Virus record (IMG/VR): IMGVR_UViG_3300031788_000007
Coordinates: 14,983 to 78,982 of that record
DNA: 64,000 bases
Source of the DNA: a virus
Reading direction: 5' to 3' (one strand)
The notes beneath the pieces are model-generated. The model was not told the origin of the DNA. It did no database searches and saw only the letters and a program-made list of their open reading frames with translations. A program made the translations under genes and the position numbers. Below are positions 36,535-45,500 of this stretch, one piece after another. The stretch's first letter is position 1; every line of letters starts with the position of its first letter.

Positions 36535-39500
36535 GTGGCAGTTCTCGACCAGACCGAGGCTCAAATTCCTGTCGGGTTGACCCCAATCCCACTCGGGCAA
36601 GCGCCATCTAGTGAGGCAAAAATCCCTGCCGGGCTTACTCCTATCCCACTCGGTAGTCAGCAATCGAGTCCAAATTTTGGAGTGAAGTCGCAGACTCAGG
36701 CGACTCACGCCGTTACCCCTCCAGTAGATGTAAAGAGTTCTATCCCTGCCGGATTGACGCCCATTCCTAAGGAAGATTCTCACGTTGACGCTTTCATGGC
36801 GGGAATCAGGAAGCCAGCGGCTCTCCGTCAGCAGGTCTACGACTACACAGTGGGGTCTGGTTATAACGCAGACCAAGGACGCCAGCGCCAGAATGAGTAC
36901 GACTACGCCATCAAGAACGGGATGAACCCACAGCGAGCGCAGGAGTTCGCCCTGGGGATGCAGTTCGAGGGCGGGACACCGAAGTACAATCTCACAGACC
37001 AAGAGAAGTCCGATCTCTACGGGAAGGCGAAACAGGCCGCAGAGGGATTTAAGAGCGGCCAGCAGAAAACGATTGAAAGTCATTTCCTTGGAGAATCATT
37101 ATTGCCGGGGGATGACGAAACATATCGTCAAAACATCGACCCCGACGAATACGCAAGAAACTATGTCAAGGGGTATACCTACGCTCGGTCTCAGGGATGG
37201 GATGAAGGGAAGGCGCAAGAGTACGCCACGTCTGATGCCGCATCGCAGTGGATGACTCGGGCTGGAGAGTGGATTGATCCGAAGTGGCACTCCGTCAAAA
37301 GCGCGATTCTCAACGTCATTCCCGGCATCTCGAAGCCGGAGGAGAGAGCGGAGAACCCGTTCTTTGCGACGAATCAGGGGTATCGAGAGAATCAGTTCCA
37401 CGTCTACCATGAGGCTGCTTGGCTGGATGAGCACGTAGGCAAGGTAGCTGGCAGCGTAGACGCTGGGCTCGGAAACGTGGTCAACGGCTTTTCTACTCCC
37501 GGCATGGCAGCATTGATGGTTGCCAGCGAAGGGCAGGGACTTCTTGCCCGTGGCGGTATAGGGGCGGCCGAAGAAGTCGAGACTGCGAATCTGGCTACAC
37601 GTGCACTTGGAAGGGTGGCGCGGGCCGGGGGAAGACAACTTGGCCGGTCGGCAGCGGCAAGCGAGGAGATTGATTCAGCGCAGGCTCTCAGGGCGGCAGA
37701 GAACGCAGAAAAGGCCATCCGAGCAATTCGTGACGCGAGACTTCCTGTGTCGGCACAGAAGGTGGCGAGAACGTTCAATAAACTCGTCACGGTAGGCTTT
37801 ACGGCTCAGATGGCGCAAGGTTCCGCTGAACAACTGGAGCAGGCCGCTAAAACCGCGTTCCCCGGAGAAGGGAAGGACGGCGACAGTGCGCTGGCTGTCG
37901 AGTATGCGGTTGAGGGTCTTGTCAGCGGGTTGATGGCCGTGCAGGGTGGAAACCATCTTCGGCATGAGCATCTTCTCACGTCCGATCTCAACTCAAAGAC
38001 CGCCGAGATGTACGGGCCGCAAAAGCTCTCGGATGTTGGCGGCTTACATGAGGGTCCGAGACAGAACGCCGCGACCAAATTTGGCGACCTCGACCCGTAT
38101 CGACAGGCCGCAGTCATTCAGCGGTTGATTGAAGATGATCCGAAGTATAAAGCCGCAGAGGATGCAAGCGAGAAGGAGCAAAAGCGGCTTGCGAAGAAGA
38201 TAGCCTACCGCTACAACACAGCATTGCAGCAGGCGTGGAATCCCAACGCGGTAGATCGCATGGTGCGGGTGATTGACAACCATCGCGCAGCGAACGAATG
38301 GTACGGCGCAAGACAGAAGGCGGAGGATGAGGCTCGGAAGCACTACCTCGACCAGATCACGAAGCTCATTGACCTCCACAAGCAAGACAAAGCCGACGAA
38401 GAGGAACTTGTTAAGGCTGAGGCAGAGCGCCGGGCCGCGGCAAGGGAAGGCCGTCCGGTACGGAAGACTGTAGACGCGCAGAAGAGGGAAGAGAGTCGCA
38501 AGGTAACTCTGACGAACGCGGCGCAGATTGCCGAGCATCGGCAGGGGGTAGTAGATGCCCGCGATGTAGCGGATAAGGAAACGGCCGAGCAGGAGAGATC
38601 GGAGGCTCAGGACTCCACCACGAACTCTCAAAAAGAATGGGACGATCGGTATGCTCGCGTCTACGGTATGCACGCCAGGAATAACCCTGATTGGTCTATG
38701 CCTCGTCTCCACGGTGAGACGCTAGATATTGTCGGAGAAAGGCCCAAGGAGGATAAACAGGGAGAGTTACGCCACCCGGACGAGGTGACCGACGACCAAG
38801 GGTATGTGTCGTACCGTAGTCAGGTGTTTGGAGGGGAAGAGCACCACTTCGGCGTAGCTCAGACTCCAGACGGGAAGTGGGGAGTCTATCGGAAGACGCC
38901 GGATGGGATTGAATACCTGGGAGCCGGGGGAATCTTTGACGGCCAGCCGCAAGAAAGCTACCTTGCGCCCAATGAAGAGACGGCCAAGGCTCTCGCTCAG
39001 ATCACTTCCCTTCGGGTCAATGCCGATTACGCTCTTGAGGAGCATGGAACCACGCCGGAGCGGGAAGCGGAACGGAAGCAACTCCGCGACTTAGAGCACA
39101 GTCTGGTAGATGGCACGATCACGGGAGAGCAAGCACGCAAAGCCGCCGGACTGCCGGAGGAAGCGCAAGAAGCGCAGGCCAAGGAAAAGGCTAATCACGA
39201 GATCGAAGCCGCCAGAGCAGGAGCATTGAACGGTCCCCTTCACGGCAGAACGAAAGCTCAATACGAAGACGAGTTCCTTGCTGGGCTGGAAGAGGCGGGA
39301 TGGGAGCCGGAGACGATCGAAGCGATGATCGACACCCTCCCTCTTCAACTTCGGATGGAGGCTGAGAACAATCTCCACTACGTCGGCCGTTCGGGAGACT
39401 GGATTGCCTCGAAGAAGGGTGTGACCTGGGTTCTCGACTCGAAGGGCATGTTGCAGCCGGACGATGGGATGAGTGCGCCGATCCCACTGATGAAGAATGG

Positions 39501-42500
39501 CCGCTACTCGACGCAGGCAATCGATCTGTCAATGTCGGGAAGGGTTGGATTCGGGCAGCGCAGTTGGGAAGACGCCAAAGTTGAAGAAGCGAAGGAGCGC
39601 GAAGCCAATCAGCAGTTGGAGAATCTTGTCGGAAACGTAGCCGATGAACTCCAGAGAGCCATTGAACTCTCGAAGCAGAACGCTGGCTTACAGATGGAAG
39701 CCGGGGAACTCCCTCTTGAGCGGCCGGCGCCGAAGCCGAGAAGCAGGTTCGCACCTCCAGTCGAAGGCCAAATGGCGGAATCTCCCGAGCGGGAGACTGA
39801 CCGGGCCGTACAGGAAGGTCACGAGGCCATCCAAGCCGAGCAGAGGGCATTCGATGAAGCGTGGATTACCTTCATGGCCGAGGATCTGGCTGCGAACCAT
39901 GAGACTCCGTGGCAGTTGATTGAGAGGGTAGCCAAGAACAGCGGCATGACCCCGCAGGAAGTCTTGGCTCTCCAACTTGAGCGGTTGGCTCCTACAGACA
40001 CCGTAGACGGCAGGATTCAACGGTTGAAGGCCGGGGACACCATCACCGACAAGATGGGCTTGCCGTGGGTGGTGAGGGCCGACAGGAACGGAACTCTGTA
40101 TCTCCGTAAGGGGCAGGGAGCCAGAATCCACGTCAACAAGTTCAAGCCGTCAGACGACGTGCGGAGGATTGTTGGAACGGGAGAAGTTCAGCCGGCGCCA
40201 GGGCCGCGGTGGACTCCCGAAGACGTGCGGAAGGCCGCTTATGAACCTGCCTACATATCCCGCCGCAATGAAGTCATTGAAGAGGTGAAGCAAAGAGAGA
40301 CGGGAGAGATTAAGGAGCATCCACCGGCCACGCCAGAGGTTGCGGAGCGGCAAGCGGTGGCGGCAGAAGACCGTGAAACTCAGGTGAACGATGCGGCAGT
40401 AGCGGCAACCGCTGCGGCTGTTGATCCTCCACCAAAGGCGACCGACAAAGAGATCGACGAAGCCATTTCTAAGGCCGAGGAATTGCGGAAGGTTACCGAG
40501 GCCGCAGCGAGACAGGCGGCAGCCGCCAGAGGGCGCACAGCCGGGCCGGGAGAGTACCCACAGAAGGCGCCCATCACATCGAAGAGGGTTCCAGGGAGAG
40601 CATGGGCCGTAGGGCATGACGGCTATATCCAGACGATCGCCAGCAAGATTCCCATGCACCGCGAACTCGTTAAATTGAATCAACTCACTCCATCCTTCAG
40701 ATGGAACGGAAATATGCTAGAGAGGGTTACTGAGTATCCAGAGCAGATGCAGGATGTCCCCCCCGACGAAGCGACACGTTCACAACTTCTAGCAGATGCC
40801 CAGCCGGTCAGGTATGACGTTGACCAATTTCTCGACCCAGGTTACGGCCCCGAGCGGGGACCGTCCATTGTGGACATTGGCGGCGATGTAGTTGGAGGGA
40901 ACCGCCGCTTGCTCAGGATGCTGAAGTACCTTGAGTTGATCCATGGAGACAAGGAAGCTCTTGCCGCGTTTCGAGCCAAGATGGCCGAATACGCCGGGAA
41001 GAACGGGATGGTGTACCCAGAGGGAGATGAAATCTACATCCCAGTTCGGATGCTTGACGAGCCGATAGGGACGATAGCCAAAGCGACTGAGTTAGGGCAC
41101 TTATTCAACAAGAAGGCATCTCATGGAATCGACGAAAACGCGAAGTCGATCACCTATGGACGGATGCTTTACGAAGCCCAGAGGACGGAAGAGGCACTAG
41201 GACGCAATGGAGTTCTGGACCGTATAGCCGATGAGTTCAATAGAGCCGAGACGCCGCGAGATGCAATGGCTAACAAACCTGGATTCTTCGCCAATATAGT
41301 GCGAAATGAACTCGGGATAGGCGGTGAAGATCAATCAGATTGGTTTAACAAAAACCCGAAGGGAGAATATGAGTTTCTGAGTACGAATGGTAAAGAGAAG
41401 CTAGAGAAAGCCCTGCTTGCCACCGTATTGAAGAATCCGTCTACGATCGACGCATTGGGAAGCTCGACGGCCTACGATTCGTTGCTGAAGTCGATTGGCC
41501 CTCTCACGCGCTTACGTGCCGTTCCAGACAAGGACATCATCAGTGTCATCGAAGAGGCAATTTCAGCCACGGCCACGACCGAGCGGAAAAGGGTTGATGG
41601 AGACTCCCCGAGGGTACGGTGGAATAAGACATTTGGAGAGCGAGAGTTTTTCTCGGACGAGAAGCCCCTCGATGAGCCGGGCCGGATGGTGGAAGCGATT
41701 TGGAGGGCATTGCATGACCGGAAGACCACACGGTTCAAGAACGCTCTCAATGATTATTTGGTAGGCGAGGGAACCCAGCGTGGATTCTTTGACCCGGCAG
41801 AGCATGGATTGAAGACTCCCGCCGACCTTTTCAATGCGGCCTTCGAGGATGAACTGAAGGACGTGCGCGACTCTCGTGGACTGCAATTGGATGAGGCGAA
41901 GAGCGGGAAGTTCAAGGGCGATAACGCAAGTGGGATGAGAACATTCCTCGACACGCTTTCTTGGGAACTTACTCAGGATCAATTCGACGCTGCTCTTGAA
42001 AACCGCGACAATTACGGTGACGAATCGGTTGAGGATGCGAAGCGGTCAGAGGAAGGGAAGCCGCCACAGGAAGCGCCGAAGCCTGAAGGCGTGTCGAAGA
42101 AAATGTTCATCACGAAACAAGATGAACGTGACCTGAAAGGACTCGGTTGGAAGCAAGAGCAGATCAATGCGATGAAGCCCGAAGAGGCGCAGGAGATTCT
42201 GTCTCTCGGGAAGCAAGCGCCGAAAGGGTTCAAGCCCCCAGAGCCCCCAGCGCCGAAGCCAGAAGCCGACCTCTCAGCGGCCAAAGCCGAGAAAGGCTAC
42301 GTCACCCCCGACGAACTGGAGAAGTTCATCTCTGACCATCCGGCCACCGCAGATCATGCTCCTGAGATCATGCGTACCGCAAGGATGATGGCAGAGTATG
42401 TCTTCGATTCAGACCCACCGGAGGGAGTGGAGAAGAAAGACGCTCTCGCCTGGGTGTTGGAGCAGCGCGTAGCAAAGTTGGCCTATGAGGAAAAGGGGAA

Positions 42501-45500
42501 GGGGAGAGGCTCCTACTCTGACCCCGAGATCGAGAAGGGCATTGGCACCCGCATTTTGAAGTTGACGAAGGCTTCAGATGAGACGACCTTCATCCATGAG
42601 TTCGCGCACGTCATCTTCCCGATGCTCTCTCAAGAGGACATGCGGGCCATCGACACGATCACCGGAGAGAAGGGTGAGCACTGGAAGCATGGCGACCCGC
42701 TCCGCGGCGAAGCCTACAAAACTGTCAGCGAGAAGTTTGCGCACGGGCTTGAGAAGTTCCTGCGGGACGAGAACCCGACCGGCTTTAGTGCTGAGGTGAA
42801 GAAGGTACTCGCCAAGGTCAAGGAGATGTTCCAAGCGGCCTATCTTCGGTTCCGTAGCGACCCGCTCTCGACGTTCAATCTGAGTGAGGACGCGAAGGAA
42901 GTCTTTGCGAATATGTTCCACATCGAAGACCTCGACCCCGCAGACGACTTCAGAAAGCAGCGAGAGGAAGCTCGCAAAGCAGACGCCAAGCAGAAGAAGG
43001 GCATGGTGAAGCCGGAAGCGGCTTTGCACCCAATTCAGCAGTTGGCGAAAGACCTGGGGCCGAAGCCAGTCCAAATTTTGGAGTCGATTGACGGATCGGT
43101 TGAGGATTCTTCAGGGGAGCGCGTGGACCCGTCGAAGCCGATGGCTGCATTCGTTTACGACGATGAAGAACATGCAGCGCAAGCCTATCTAAAAGCCGCA
43201 GAGGAAGGCTCTGGCGTGGCCGGCGTGGAGTTCGTGCAGACGAAGGACGGAAAGTACGCTGTCCGGTTCAACGTCAAGGCCAAGGTGCCAAAAGACATTC
43301 TCTATCAGGACGCGCAAGAGAAGCACCCCGGCCTGAGACTTGAGGACATGGAAGCGAAGTTGAAGACGACAACCTCGCCGATCCTGAAGAAGTTCCTTGA
43401 GACTCAGATTGGCAGGTTGAAAGCGGAGATCCGTAACGAGCCAAGGCCGCAGGTAGAACCCGGTTTGGCGAAGCAGGCAATCGCGGAGGTGAAACGTGGC
43501 ACAGAAGGGCGAAAGACAGACACGGGACGAGCGGGGGTATCCGACTTACGAGGAGTACCTGATGGAAATCCTGGGGATGCAAAGCAAGCAGGAGTTGGAC
43601 GACTTTCTCGGCCGCCCATCATGGGGATGCCTGGACATGCAAGTGCCGGAGGTGCCGCCGATCGAAATAGACCCGGAGGAGGAAGTTCTCAGCCAGTTAA
43701 CCTCGCAAACGTAACGCCGGTCAGACTCCAGCCGTTCGAGAGGGGGCGCGGAACACCAGTTGGCATCCTCGCCGGAGAGAAGTTTGACGAGAAGGTGTGG
43801 AGAGATGGCCTAAAGAGGGCTGGCCTTCCAGAGAACATGCCAGCGCCGACAGTGACGCTCTCCCCCGAGGTTGCTCGGACATTGAAGTATGCAGGACAGA
43901 AGCAGATCGTTCAGACCGTCCTATCAGCACTGGAGCAAGGAGACGGGGCTGTGATTGCATCTGTGGCGGGTTCCGGCAAGACATGGACGGAGATGGGTGT
44001 GGTTAAGGAAACGATCCTTCGGAACCCCGACGCCAAAGTTCTTGTCATCACCATGAATCGCGGATTGCTAGAAGAGGGCGACGATGCCGTTCGACAGGTA
44101 GCGAAGAACGGCTACGATTTGAAGGTTGAAACCGACATCCTCGACAAACCTCCCGAGCCGGGTGTTTACGGGGCAACCTACCAGCGGTTGCTCAATAACT
44201 CCATCTACGCTCAAACGCAGTGGGACTTGGTGATCGCCGACGAGTCAGGAGCAGCGCGTAACTGGTACAGAGATGAAAACCAGCAGGGCAAACTCCTGAA
44301 GGCTGTGATGGACAACGCCAAGAAGGGTGTGTACGTCTCGGCGACTCCGTTCCATTCGCCTAACGAATACGGCTACGCCGAAAAGTTGAACTTGTGGCCG
44401 AAGGGAGGATTTGAAGACTGGATCAAGAACAACTTTGCCCACGAGAAAATCGGCGACAAGGTGGTTGCGAAGCTCGACCCGGCAAAGCAGGCAAAACTAC
44501 GTGAGCAGATGGTTGAGCGTGGGCAGTTCATCTCGCAGCAAATCTCCTACGATGGATTCTCTGTCCACTTCGGAGTGGTCCCTGTAACCGACGTGGTGGA
44601 ACGGAAGCTAGACCGCATCCATCAAGGAATTGCAGTTATGAAGAGGGAGTTGCTGAAGCAGGGCAAGAAGGGACTCTCTGAGCGGGTATCTGCTTTTGAG
44701 GCGACGTACACGAAAGCCTATCTTGAGCGGTCGAGACTGCCAGAGGCCATCGAAGTCGCAAAGAAAGCAAGAGCGCAGGGATGGCAGGTAGCCATATTCT
44801 CAGAAACCACATCTGAAGACCTTTTCCGCCGGCCGGTTGGCCCGAAGGAGGAGCCGGGAACGTATCGTCTGTTAGACGAGGAAACCGGCGGCCAAATATC
44901 GCGCATCATGCCAGAGTTCCCGAACATTGCGGACGAACTCAAAGCCGAGTTTGGCGATGAGATGGGTGATTACAGCGGCGTTGGGAATACCGACGCGCAG
45001 CGCGAAGAGGCGAAGCAAGCCTTTTTGAAGGGGAAGAAGAAAGTTCTCTACACTTCATATGCCGCAGGAGGAATCGGCATCAACCTGCAAGACAAAGACG
45101 GAGATAAGCCAAGAATCTCCATCTTCCTTGGGCCGCCGTACTCTGGAATTCTACTCGAACAATCATTGGCGAGAACGTGGCGATTGGGAGTGAAGTCGAA
45201 CGCGAGGGCGGTGTTCCTTGCGACAGACTCAGAGCCGGACATTCGTTTGATGGCTACAAAGATTGGGCCTCGCATGAGGGCGTTGAGCGCGGCGGTTCTA
45301 GGCGACCGTGATTCTTTGGCTTCGGTGATGACGAACTACACCGACGAAGAGAAGATGCGTGAACATCAGGACATGATGGCGTTCGACCAGGGCAACGAAG
45401 TGAAGGTTGACGCTCAGGGCTTCCAAGTGCGGAGCAAGCGGAAGGTCAATTTCGACAACTGGAGTTCGATCACCTTCCCGAACGCTGAAGAAGCCAAGAA

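Noticed and set aside
38075-38084. CCAAATTTGG as another motif copy
   Set aside because: Lacks the central base and outer T/A; could be chance
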